A stretch of 55,898 nucleotides of DNA, counting the filler, from Piptocephalis cylindrospora (lineage: Eukaryota), in NCBI GenBank assembly GCA_003614145.1. It is 4 parts of 4 records of this genome, joined end to end, with 100 filler letters (N's around TTAATTAATTAA, not from the genome) between each part and the next. Parts side by side here need not be neighbours in the genome. Positions count along the whole stretch, not along the records: positions 1 to 13,975 come from KZ987932.1; 3 more parts are not named here. One strand, written 5' to 3'. The notes below the pieces were generated by a model. That model was given only the letters and a program-made list of their open reading frames with translations, did no database searches and was not told the DNA's origin. Each line of letters starts with the position of its first letter. The first letter of the stretch is position 1. Both the position numbers and the translations under genes were made by a program. This document shows positions 1 through 11,773 of this stretch, in pieces.

Positions 1-619
1 TGAAGAAGGAAGATACCATTTTGCAATTTGGCCATGTTCATTCGGAAAACCATCGAAACCTTCGCGAAATCGGAGATCTTGTTGGGAGAAGTCAGGGGGT
101 AAGTGGTATGAACGGCTGTGTTGGTAAGAATCATCATCTTATGTCACCTTTGGCAGACTCCCATTCAGGTTCAGGTTCAACGGTCATCCGAGACTATCAC
201 ACTTGCCCTAACCCCTCGACGCGGATGGGGCGGTCCAGGATTGCTTGGGTAAGCTAAATCCACTATGTAGATATCATGGGATATGGCTCATCAATTGCCC
301 CTCCATTTTCTCCATTAGATGTCATATTGTCCCGATTTAACCATCTCTTTGGGGCATTGGACCTTAGAGGATGATATAATAAGAGAGTATCTGAGCATGG
401 GCGCTCGAACTTGTCAAAATCAAATATACCCTTTCATTCCCATCCATGTCTCCATTGCAATCACTGTAATTGATCTAGCCCAGGCCTCTCCCATCCACAC
501 TATCCTACCCCACCTTAAAGATAAAGGGGTCCAGGGGGTATGGATGTATGGACAAGGATGGATTATCGTCCATTCTTACTTTCTTTTCCACTTTCCCCCA
601 TTACTTCTCAACATCTACC

Positions 620-1849
620 ATGCATGATACCCAGGGTAATTCCAAGCCTATTTCATCCACTCGCCCTAACTATCATTCACCTTTCCCATACACTCTTCCC
701 TGGCAACATCAGAACAATGAGTCTCTCAAAGCCAAGTCATGTTCTAATATCCTCCTTCAGTACCCAGAAGCATCCGAGATTCTGACTCGATTCCATCGAC
801 GTGCCCATGCCGCACCCATCCTAACCATCACCGATGCCTCTATAACTCCACCCTCTGGGGACAAGAGAGATTTTATGAGCTACGCCCCCTACTGGTGGCC
901 CAACTCAACAGACCCTCATGGTCAATGGGTACAACGGGATGGGCTCATCAATCCAGATACCGCTCAGCTAACCCAGCAGGCCGACTTGACTGCTGCTATT
1001 AATATCATGCGAATAGAGGCTTTGGCTGAACTATTCCTTGGTCCGTCCACCTATGGCATGAACCACGTTGTTCATCAACTTCGTGCTTGGTTCATCAACC
1101 CTGCCACCCGCATGAACCCCAATGCCATGTACGGTCAGATCGTCCGTAATGAAAACCCTTCCACCTGGATCGGTCGGTACGAAGCCATCCTCTCCGTACG
1201 CCAGCTTGCCTTTGTTCCTTCTCTCGTCGAGCTCGCCCGTACCCATTCCGCTCTTTGGCGCGATCAGCAAGAAGATGTAGTGATGACCCAGTGGGCCCAA
1301 GACTACTTGGCATGGCTCCTTGATCCCCCCTTCAAGGCCGGAACCAATACCAATAAAAATAATCATCGAACCTACTGGACCTGCCAAGTTGTCGAGTATC
1401 AGAGACTCTTGGGGAAGCATGCAGACGCCGCGACTACTCTAACCACCTTTTCCGAGGTTTACTTACCTCTACAGATTGATCCAAACGGCCGTCAGTCCCT
1501 AGAAACTCATCGAACCCGCCCCATCCACTATGCCCTCTTTAATCTGGATGCCCTTGTCTACTTGGCCTCCTTTGCCGAGCAGGTCCGGCCAGACACTGAT
1601 AAGCCTTATGGTGATCTTTGGGATGCTCAAAATCATGCGATCAAGAAGGCTTTGGACCTTCTCATTCATCATCATGCTCCAAAGGACATAGAGCCCCAGG
1701 ACGTAGATACGTTTCATCGTCTCGTTCAAGTCATTTCTTGCAAGTACGGCGATAGGGATGGAGTGTATTCCAGGTTCCTCAAGGGCATTGGGCCCTACCA
1801 GAAGGCTCCGTATCAGTTATCCCCCCTCTTTTCCGTCCATCGCATCTGA
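620..1849 (+). CDS. Alginate_lyase-domain (PF05426-type) polysaccharide lyase, most like PL38 glucuronan/alginate lyases; intronless; ORF is open from ATG 548
   Basis: Motifs SGDKRDFMSYAPYWWPN, WVQRDGLINP, WFINPATRMNPNAMYGQ, NNHRTYW and ETHRTRPIHYALFNL match this (alpha/alpha)-toroid lyase family from recall. Start uncertain (ATG 548 vs 620); no clear signal peptide. Confidence 0.8.
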   Translation: MHDTQGNSKPISSTRPNYHSPFPYTLPWQHQNNESLKAKSCSNILLQYPEASEILTRFHRRAHAAPILTITDASITPPSGDKRDFMSYAPYWWPNSTDPHGQWVQRDGLINPDTAQLTQQADLTAAINIMRIEALAELFLGPSTYGMNHVVHQLRAWFINPATRMNPNAMYGQIVRNENPSTWIGRYEAILSVRQLAFVPSLVELARTHSALWRDQQEDVVMTQWAQDYLAWLLDPPFKAGTNTNKNNHRTYWTCQVVEYQRLLGKHADAATTLTTFSEVYLPLQIDPNGRQSLETHRTRPIHYALFNLDALVYLASFAEQVRPDTDKPYGDLWDAQNHAIKKALDLLIHHHAPKDIEPQDVDTFHRLVQVISCKYGDRDGVYSRFLKGIGPYQKAPYQLSPLFSVHRI

Positions 1850-2165
1850 ATTCGACGTGTGCCTTTCGGAATCATAGACCGATCAGTGGAGGAGGGAAAG
1901 GGGGAGCGTGCACGCATCTCTGTTGGATCATCCACCATCCCTCAATTCGCCAACAGAATCAGTTTAAGCCATTATGAGTATTCCCCCTCTCCAAAATGGA
2001 CATACTGAATGCATTTTCATTACCGCACACACAAGAAGCAAGGCATATATTCTTAAAACGATAAGCCCACCCTCCTCTTCTCGCCCAACACATTCAAGCC
2101 CCAAGAAGAAACAACTCAAGAACGTGGCTCATAAGGAAATATTCCAGAGCACATGCACTCAACCA

Positions 2166-3640
2166 TCAAGGATGCCACTTTTGACCACGAAGCACGACAG
2201 CCACGATGCATAGAGTAGCCAAGGCACAGATGATGGCGATGACCGTGTAGGTCCACCCATGGCCCAGACCCTCTTCCATATTCATGGCAAAGAGCGGAGT
2301 CACCGTAGCAAAGACGCATCGATAGAAGGCTGCTGCTCCTACGACCGAGGCAGCTCGACTGGCAAAGACGTCGACAAAGTAGGTGTTGACAACGGTAAAG
2401 CCAATCATGAGGCCCACCCCTTGAATAAAGTACCCGATGAGCGGTCCCATAAAGTGAGTATCAGCTTGCAGGCACCATCCGTAAATGAGGAAGCCGATGG
2501 GAACCAGGGGTGCGCCAAACCATACAGCGTGCAATCGATGTTCGGGTACTGCCTCCCCCCCTCCCTGCTCCATCCCTCTTCTTCGAGTCCAATCGGCCAA
2601 CCGGCCCCCTACCAGAGTCCCCACGACATTACCGATGCCGCCCGATAGAAAGCTCAGGCCAACCTGGGTACTATTCCACTGGTACAGCTCGGTCATGGTC
2701 TCGGGCAGAATGGTGATCAGAAGGTACATGAAGCCAAAGCACACGGCAGGGTATGTGGCGGCCAGGCTTACAGCGGGGTATCGGAAGTAGTAGAGGGGAG
2801 CCAGGGGATTGAACCAGGTCAGTTTCTTGGTGTTGGCCAGGGTTTCGGGGAGGAGAAAGATTATGGCGATGGTGAAGACGCCCCCGACAATGGTCAGGAT
2901 CCAAAAGAGCCATCTCCAACCCAAATGCTGATTAATCACCCCTCCAATGATGGGGCCAACCACGGGTCCAAGCAAAGGTCCTAGAAAGAAGATGCCCATG
3001 CGCTTTCCCCGGTCGTGGATGGAAAAGATATCCGCAATAACCCCGGCCCCAATGACCTGGGAGGCTGATGATCCAATGGCCTGGATGATCCGGAGGAAGA
3101 GGAAGAGTCCATAAGAGGGGGGCCAGAGCGCATCCTACCGATGCCGCCGTGTACAGGATGGTACTAGAAATATACACGTATCGTCGACCAATCATCTCGG
3201 ACAAGGGAGCCCACACCAGAGGGCCCGCGCCTAAGAAGAGGATGTACATGGATATCGTGAGATTGACTAGGGAAATAGTCGTGTCGAGGCCTTTTTCCAC
3301 ATCCAGGATAGCTGGGATATAGATAGTACTGGACAAGGGGCCAAGGAAGCCTACAGATGCCACCACTGCAAGGATAACTTCCTTCCGTAACGGGCTAAAA
3401 TGCTATTCATGATGGAAGAGGTGATGAGAGAAAGGGAGAGAGAAAGCGAAAAATAAAGGACTCTACCTTTTGGTCGGGGGCTTGAGATGATGTGTCCTTG
3501 ATTTCGGGGCCTTGGGCCTCCTGATTCTTCTCTAATGACGGATCATTAAGCTTGAGGGTTGCGGGAGAAAGAGCTTGTAGATGGTCAATTTCCGTGGTGG
3601 AGGACTGGGGTGTCGCCCTGGAGGATCCTTTTTCTTCCAT
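2166..3640 (-). CDS. MFS multidrug transporter (DHA1 family), 2 exons (3640-3467, 3402-2166), interrupted by a 1-bp insertion in G6 at 3117-3122
   Basis: Motifs PLSSTIYIPA, GPLVWAPLSEMIGRR, RGKRMGIFFLGPLLGPVVGPIIGG, WRWLFW and PEHRL. GTAGAG..ATAG intron at 3466-3403. Spliced length is 1411 = 3n+1; removing one C restores ALAPSYGLFLFLRIIQAIG. Confidence 0.85.
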
Positions 3641-4852
3641 GGCAATGACGTGGGATTTGATAATGAAGGTCGAGTGAGAGAGGAAGGGATGAGCGAGCGA
3701 AGAGTGGTGAATGCAGTATATAGCGAAGGAAAGAGAAAGATGATGATTAAGCGAGAATAGGGGAGGAGACACAATGATAGAAGAAATGAAAGAGGAAGAA
3801 TGCCCTAAGACATCTCCTTTTATGTCTTTCCGTCTGTCGCTGTCGGCGATAGTGCGTTCTCGGGAGCACGAGAGTATCTTATGCGCATTTAGCTGAATAA
3901 ATGACTTTCCTCCCCCCCATCATCATCCGATCCACTCGGAGAGCCCAATTGCGAATAAAGCAGCGAGGGCAGGAGGATGAGCAACGCTAGTCCATTACCT
4001 TTCCTCCTCTAGCTAATCACCGTCCGGGGCATCCCCTGCAAATAGAAAAGAAAGGCTAAGGCGGATGAAGAGAGAAAATCAAGGGTTCAACATGGCAATG
4101 ATGGTGGTGGTCTAGTGTGTGAATAATAGGAACCACCATCCCATTTTCCCTCACAGGCCGGCACAATAACGGTGTACTGACTCAAAAAGTCCGATTTTCC
4201 CCCGATCTTAAGGAGGACATGACTTAGTCACTCTACGAACACATACTCACATTGTCCAACTGGATGTATCCGGAGTGGTCAGTACGCCTCCCCCACACAC
4301 ACCCACTAGGAGCAAGTCTGGAGCGGTGTTCGACAAACGCACATTTTCAAGGGCTACTTCCGATAATCGGCCGATTGGTCCCCTTCCTCCTCTAAAATGC
4401 TTCTATTTAGGATTTTCTTATGTGGGGAAAACAGCGACAGCCCTCTGTATCCCTGCTCATCAAAGCTGCAAAAAAAAACTTGGATACTCTTATCAGATCA
4501 TGAGGGGCAAGTCCACGGACGGAACCGGAGCGGTCTATCTGATAAAGATTAGGTACTGAATGGCCACAGAAGGGCAAGGTGACGTTGGGGAGCTGTGTAA
4601 ATGGTAGGAAGGAAAATCGGGTATTTTCTTGAGTCTGAATCTGATGACGACCATGATGATATCTCCAAACGAGATAGACATGTCCTAGTCCCACCAGGTA
4701 TACCTCTCTCTCATCAAGAGACCACGCAGCACGACAATGACATGGGTAAATTGCATGATTCTCCAGATCACGATGGTCCAACCAGATTACCTAGTTGATC
4801 CCATGAGCCGTTGTCGTCATGAGGATATCCATACCAAGGCTAGAAAGACATC

Positions 4853-5788
4853 TTAGAGGTCCTCTGGGACATGCCCTTCTCCATGAAAGACCGTAAATCC
4901 CAGCCAGCTGCTGGGCTCCACGAGCCGCTGGGCCCTTCCCGTGCTCACAGTATCCAGAGAGGTCATGGCATCCTCATCCAAGGAAACGACCCGGAGATTA
5001 TCCTCAATTCTTGTGGGAGTCACGGATTTTGGAATTACACTAGTGCCCCGTTGAATACCCCAGGAGAGAACAGCTTGAGCTGGATCATTCCTGTATCGCT
5101 GAGCCACCCCATGGACTCGGGAATCTTCCAAGAGCTCCCTGCCCCTCCCAAGAGGGCTGTAGGCGGAGACGTGAATGCCTTCCTTGGCGCAAAATTGCAG
5201 AAGCTCCGACTGAGGGAAGAGGGGGTGAAGCTCCACCTGATTAACGGCGGGTCGCACGTTGCATTGAGCTAGTAGTCTCTTGAGATGAAGGATGTCAAAG
5301 TTGGACACGCCAATGGCCTTAACCTTGCCTGTGTCCAGCAGGGCTTCCATGGCTCTCCACGTGTCCACGAAGCTTACGCCAGGCTCACGCTTAGTCATGC
5401 CTTTGTCATCCCGTGCGGAGGATCCAGCCTCAGTAATAGCCACAGGCCAATGAATCAGGTACAAGTCAAGGTAATCTTGCTGAAGATCCTTGAGGGTGCG
5501 TTCAAGGGCCGGGAGGACACGGGCGGGAGCCGTGTGGGTGGCCCAGACTTTAGAGGTGATGAACAGGTCCTCCCGGAGGACCGCTGGGGTGTAGGAGGCC
5601 AAGGCCTCGCCCACCTCGACCTCATTTTTGTAGACAGCCGCGCAATCCAAATGGCGATATCCGGCCCGAAGTGCCGTATGCACGGCGGTCTTGACCTGAC
5701 CCGGCTTGGATTCCCAAGTTCCGAGGCCAACGGCTGGGATGTAAGCTCCAGTATTGAGTTTAAAGGAGTGTCGTGCCAACGAAGACAT
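4853..5788 (-). CDS. Aldo-keto reductase (Gcy1/Ypr1/AKR1-like), intronless
   Basis: FKLNTGAYIPAVGLGTW, GYRHLDCAAVY, LFITSKVW, DLYLIHWP, IGVSNF, NQVELHP, AYSPLG and VIPKSV; catalytic D-Y-K-H tetrad present. ATG at 5788. Confidence 0.93.
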   Translation of the reverse strand: MSSLARHSFKLNTGAYIPAVGLGTWESKPGQVKTAVHTALRAGYRHLDCAAVYKNEVEVGEALASYTPAVLREDLFITSKVWATHTAPARVLPALERTLKDLQQDYLDLYLIHWPVAITEAGSSARDDKGMTKREPGVSFVDTWRAMEALLDTGKVKAIGVSNFDILHLKRLLAQCNVRPAVNQVELHPLFPQSELLQFCAKEGIHVSAYSPLGRGRELLEDSRVHGVAQRYRNDPAQAVLSWGIQRGTSVIPKSVTPTRIEDNLRVVSLDEDAMTSLDTVSTGRAQRLVEPSSWLGFTVFHGEGHVPEDL

Positions 5789-6790
5789 TTCGTGTTGAGT
5801 ATTATTAATAGTGTCGTTGTTGCGGCTGATGTTCAGCAAATCGAAAATGATGGTATGGGGAAGAATGAGGAAAATCGCGGGAGAGTTACAGGGTCCTTGT
5901 GTCCCTCATCTTTTTAATCATCATGTCCTCTCCAGTACGTGTCGGAGCTGTGGGAATAATGTAGAAAAAATTAAAATTGCACACATTACGGAGAAATTGG
6001 ACTCGAGAGCGAAATGGCCAGTGCGCAATAGAAAAGAGCATGCTCCGGACCGGATAATTGCAGTTTCGTACCATAATGACGCCTTCCAGGTTTACTGCCA
6101 GTAAGGTGCACAGGCTCGTTGGTATCACGACTATGCTATGGGCATGAGAAGAGTCCAGAAAAAGGTGTTAGTGCAAGTCCCTAAGAATGCTCATCCTCAT
6201 CATCCATAGAAAAAGGTATATTGTGAAGAACGGCTGTAGAATCACACAATATGTGGTTGTCACTTTCCTGTAAGGAGAAATGCCAAAACAAATAGCTACA
6301 ACTAATCTAATTGATCATCACTTATATAAAGTAAATATCATTATCGATCCATGTCTTTCTACCTACAAAACTTTAGGTTATTTGGGTCTTGGCTCGGCAT
6401 TAATAAACTATCATGAGTACTTTCTATACCCCTTCCGTCAATCAGCAAGAATGCATATCTAGATAGCTGCATTCTTTAAAGGTTCAAGCCTGCGCTCAGC
6501 GCATTCTGCCCCCCCAGCCTCACTTGATATGTACGCATCTACATACGCACACACACAAAGGAGACTAGAGTCCCACTACTGCTCACAGAGTGGAGAGTCG
6601 CCAGCCTCGCTGAATATGATTGGGCTGGGCGAGAGAACGGTGCTCACTTGTTGTCACATCCATCAGCAAGTGCGTGTCCGCGCCTCTTTTTCCCTCATCC
6701 ACATCCCACCATTGACTCTCCTTTTCCCCTCTCCCCCTCCTCCCTCTTCATCCTTGTCCCCATCCATATCCACTCACCCGCCCACTCGCA

Positions 6791-7189
6791 ATGCCTTCGG
6801 ACAACGAACAGAATCAAAAGCCCGATACCTCCTCGGAGTATATTAACCTCAAGGTCGTTGATGGCAACAGCAACGAGGTATTTTTCAAGATCAAGCGTCT
6901 GACTCAACTCCGCAAGCTGATGGACGCGTACTGCCAACGTCAAGGCAAGGATGAAAAGACTGTTCGCTTCCTCTACGACGGTGTTCGGCTCAAGCCTGAC
7001 AGCACACCCGAGGAGGTAAGTGATATTATGGCTGATCTTGCAGGGATCCTCATCCCCACTCCTACACACTCCTCATCCTCATCCTACTCCCACTCATACT
7101 CACTCCTTACCCTTCCTCTACTCTAGATGGAAATGGACGACGGGGATTCCATTGATGTCATGGTGGCGCAGATCGGTGGCACTTACTAA
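6791..7189 (+). CDS. SMT3: SUMO, 95 aa, 2 exons (6791-7015, 7127-7189)
   Basis: [52 protein letters not shown] intron; exon 2 gives [20 protein letters not shown], with di-glycine and a 2-aa extension. Confidence 0.96.
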
Positions 7190-8557
7190 GAGGGTATGGA
7201 TATATCCCTCACCCCAATCATTGTCCCATCCCCATCGTAAATGTGGTTCATTTTTACCCTTTCCTCCTATATTTGCATTCAGTCTTTGTTTTCCTTGCCG
7301 AGATGATGGTATTTTGGATGAACAGGTAGGGTCGGATGATAACCGCAAACTCATGTTTTCCCGTACCTCTCCTTATTCAAATCGTGTTGGATTTTCCTGA
7401 GTGATAGTCTCAAATCTACATGAATGAGGATGATAGTCTGCTGGGGGATTTTGGGGTCAGATACTGCAGGATATGGCCTAATAGTCATCCAAAAACCCCT
7501 CCAAATGCTCAATCAGCGCACGGATCAGCCCTTGATCCTTCTCCACCATGACCACCGTCCACAAATTATAGGTCTGATTCATAGTATTATTATTAAAGCT
7601 CTCATCGTCAGCCTTCCCCTATCCTTGATGGCTCCAAATCGATAGCTGGACGTGACAACCCCGATGATCGGGGTGAGGTGTGGGAAGCAGTAGCCCTCTG
7701 TGATAATGGAGGCGGTGACTGAATCTTGCCCCGCCCACATATACACAATACACCCGAAAGGGATCACCAGTCATGAAATGCAGATCTGGTCTTCCCATGC
7801 CATACGACCAGGAGATCAAAGGTTCTCTCTCTCCCTCTTACCTTGACAACCCTGCCCGCGAAGGATTTCTCTTTCTTCTCTCATCCATCCTTCTACTCCC
7901 CCCTTTTGTCGGCTCTCACTGCCTTGCCTGACTCTCTCCACAAAACTTTCCTCCCTCGCCCCTTTCTTACCATCCTCCCCCCCTCCCCTTCCTTCTGTGT
8001 CCCACACTCCACTTTCCCCTTGTATCCAGGTGTGTTGGCTAGCGCACTTTTCCAAGTCCCTTCAATCTCCACCTCCCCTTTCCTTCCCTCTCATCATCTC
8101 TAGCCTACGAAAGGTCCCTGTACCACTTTGGTGTATATCCCTCGGAATCAATTCTCATCAGCGCATATCCTTTCTTTGGCTCAGCGCCCCATCCAATCCT
8201 TTCACAGCCATCGGCTCCTCTTTTTGGTTCCTGCGGCATTATCCCTTGGCAAGCAGTAGCTTCCTGATTAACTACCCTTCCTCTGGTAACGTAACGTACA
8301 TTTTCCTCTGGTGGATCAGGCAGGTAAGCCCCTTGTGAGCCTTTCCTTCCTCTCTCCTCCCTCCAATCCCTCATCCTCTTCTTCTTTCCCCATCCCATAG
8401 GTCAACTATATCACTGTTTCTTACGTCTTTTCCTCTCCACCCACTCAGTCCCTCCGTCTCCTTCACCGCTTCGGAAGTTTCTCTGAGCTGGCCCGTTTGA
8501 CTTACGACCCATCCCCATACCCTTGCCCTACTTACCATCCTTTCCCAGCCGCCCGTC

Positions 8558-11500
8558 ATGACAAAGGATGAGTCGCTATCCGGGTATCCAATTCGATCTC
8601 GATCCATCATAGTATCCACGTCTCAGCCACCCGAGACTCACACCTCTTCCTCCACCCGGCTCGGCGCTCCCTCCTCCGTCTCGTCGGCCTCCAACGGCTC
8701 TTCCTTTCCCTATTGTAACACCCCAGACACTTCGCTCTCCCGATCGGCCACATCAGGTAATCCAGAGAAAGGGTCGGCGAGTAAGCGTCGATCCCTGTAT
8801 GCGGCCCTAGAGGAAAATTTGGTGGCCAAGCAAAATACTTCCATTTCCCTGGCACGACAATTCCTGGAGGATGTTCTAGATGAGGATCTACCCCACCCAA
8901 GCCTTTATGAGTCACTGAAGGATGGGGTGCTCCTATGTCATGCCGCCAACATCATGCGACCTGGTCTCATCCAACAGATTTCCCGCCGTCCCGTTCCGTT
9001 TTTGCAAATGGAAAACATCTCCAATTTTCTCATCGCTGCGCGCACCCTCGGAGTCCCGGACGCTTACCTCTTCTCTACCGTCGATCTATTCGAGGCCAAA
9101 AATCTCGCCCAAGTCGCAACTACTCTGCTGGCCTTGGCCCGTTCTGTATACCAGTACAAGCCTTCAGTCACCCGGTACCAGGAGGATGAAGTACCCATCA
9201 TGGCTGATCCAGAGTTCACTCAGTCCCAGAGGGATCGCCTAAGGGAGCATGTTCGGAGGACAAAGGCTGTCGAAGCCATTGGGAACCATCTTAGCGTTGG
9301 ATCCTCGAGCGTGATGGCTGAACGCAGCCTCGAGCTAAAGGCTATGCACCAGGAGGAAGTAAAGCGGGCCCTGAGTAAAAAATCCCATGGAACCAGCTCT
9401 ACCCAAAATGGTCAGTCCTCCAAGATGCCAATTTCCCCCGCGATTTGGAAGGCCCCACAAAGGACCAAACGAAGAGGTAGCCGGGGTAGCAGCCGCTTAA
9501 GCAAGGAGAGTCATGAGAGGCTTCTTCATCTATCCTCCTCCACATCATCCTCCCCTGCGACCGCGGCTAACATTATCTCCCACTATCAGTTGGGAGAGTC
9601 CATTGGTAAGGGCCAGTATGGGACGGTGTACAAGGCATTTAACCTGGAGACCGGAGAGGTCGTTGCTGTCAAGAGGATGAACATTGATGCTCAGGAGGAG
9701 GATGAAATTGAATCATTGATGAAGGAGGTCGAATTGCTCAAACACCTCTCCCACCCCAACATCGTTCGGTACGAGGGGTTTGTCAAATGTGAGGGACATC
9801 TCAACATCATCCTTGAATACATGGAGAATGGCTCTCTCCTCACTACCCTAAGGGCCTTTGGTGTTCTTTCGGAGCGTCTAGCCGCTTCCTACGTTCTCGG
9901 GATCCTCGAAGGCCTCATCTACCTTCATGACCGGGAGGTCGTCCACTGCGACCTCAAAGCCGCCAATCTCCTCACCACCAAGGATGGCAATGTCAAACTT
10001 AGTGACTTTGGCGTCTCTCTCAACCTTAAGCTCACCGTCGACATTGGGGCCATGGTTGCTGGAACGCCCAATTGGATGGCTCCTGAAGTGATCGAGCTCA
10101 AGGGTGCTTCCACAGCCTCGGACATCTGGTAAGCGATACCTTTCTGCGTCTTGACTGGTGATGGGTTCCGTATCATGCATCAGGAAACTCATATTAATTA
10201 TTCTCCTGGATTAACAGGAGCCTGGGGTGTACGGTCATGGAATTGGTCACAGGAAGACCCCCTTATGACGGGCTACTGGCCATGACCACCCTTTTCCGCA
10301 TCGTGGAGGATGAAGGGCCTCCCATCCCCGAAGGTCTTTCCCCTGTAAGTTATATCGCTTTAGATGGGCTGGAGAGACAGAGGAGCGGTCAGTGTCATAG
10401 AAGAGACGTCTTTGGGGATAAAGAGTTTCATCCATCCCCTCCCTTCATCGAGCACGCCACTCATCATCATATTCTCATTTAACCGATTAGGACCTCATGG
10501 AGTTTCTAACGGTGTGCTTCCTCAAGGACCCAACCCAACGCCCCACTGCCCGCACTCTCATGCACCACCCGTGGCTTAAAGGGGGACAGGCTTCGAGGAA
10601 GATGGAAGATTCATCTTCTTTCCCATTCAACGGGCCTGTCCTAAATGAAGCAAAAATCCCAAAAGTCAGTGTCATCGATCAAAAGGGAGAGAGTAAACCC
10701 GCCGCCATTCCATCCATGCATGTCCCTTCCGAGATTGAAAGCGCGGACGGTACTCCCATTATACCATCGGTCGCCTCTAAAGATATCAGTTCAACCCCAG
10801 GATTTCCTTTCAAAATGAATGGAATTGGATTGGAAGAAGCAAAGAAAAGGAATACCCGCGTTTCCAGCGCCCCCTCCTCCAGATCATCTATTTCCACATC
10901 CTCCTCCTCCTCCTCTTTTGCCCCATCCGTATCATCCCATTCCTCCACCATTCCTTCTCTCGTCCCGTCTTTGTCGGCCGTTGGACAATCATTACCCAGT
11001 ATTGAAAAGGGAATGTATCTCCATTGGTGTCAAATATCCTTATCGTCCTCTTCCCTCCAGACAGGGTCCTCCAAACCTCTTGGACCTCCATCTTCCAATC
11101 CCCTCCCCCGCTCCTCCTCTTCTTCGTCCATGACGGATGGGATCCCTCCCAAGTCTCATGACTTTATCTCTAGTCGGTTCGGGAGGGCTGTGAGTTGCAA
11201 GTTATGTCAAGGTTCGATCGCTGCTCGTAACAAGGCTTGTATATGCAGTGGTAAGGAAAGAGAGGAGGGGTAGTAAGGAGCATCTGTCCCTGGGTACCCT
11301 CCTTGCTTATTCAAATACCTTATCGCCTATCCCTTCCTTCCTCTTAGAATGTGGCCTAATTTGCCACAAAGATTGCTCTAAAAAAATCAATGTCCTCTCC
11401 CACCGATCGTGCCCTCCTTCATATCCTCCACCCCCACTTCCGCCCAGGTCGGAGGGATGGAAACGGTCGGTGGATGAGCCATCCAAGCTTGGAGAGGACA

Positions 11501-11773
11501 CTTCCGTGGTAAGTAGCACCTCCTTTCGCGCTCAACAAATACACTGATGAATACATGCTCATACACTGTTACCCGCTCCCATCCCCATAGGGTGTAACAT
11601 TCTACCCGAATCCCCGTGGATCCCCCAACTTCTCAAAGTCTTCGAACCCAGGAGCTTTTCAGTATTTGCCTTCACCCACGGAAAGAGTCACAGGATCCAA
11701 GGGATCTGGAGGAAGAGCGGAACGTCGAAAATCCAAGCTACTAAGCTCGACGAGTGAATGTCTTATCCTGTAA
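8558..11773 (+). CDS. Cdc7/Cdc15/SepH-type STE protein kinase with N-terminal CH domain, C1 domain and C-terminal CaaX; 5 exons (8558-10128, 10218-10344, 10491-11250, 11348-11508, 11591-11773), 933 aa
   Basis: [45 protein letters not shown]. Kinase: [50 protein letters not shown]1: [20 protein letters not shown]. All four introns are GTAAG..AG and in phase (total 2802 nt). Ends ECLIL*. Confidence 0.88.

Noticed and set aside
4601..4798. 65-aa acidic ORF downstream of the AKR
   Set aside because: Short, with no recognisable motif or splice support.
548..5788. Lyase + MFS + aldo-keto reductase as a uronate-utilisation cluster (lyase, importer, DEH reductase)
   Set aside because: Tempting, since some AKRs reduce lyase products. 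However, the MFS is a DHA1 efflux type and is frameshifted, the AKR looks generic, and no shared regulatory motif was seen. Adjacency alone is insufficient.
11014..11060. Possible extra intron in kinase exon 3 (GTATCT..CCAG)
   Set aside because: Removal would break the frame leading to the C1 domain; the frame is already open.
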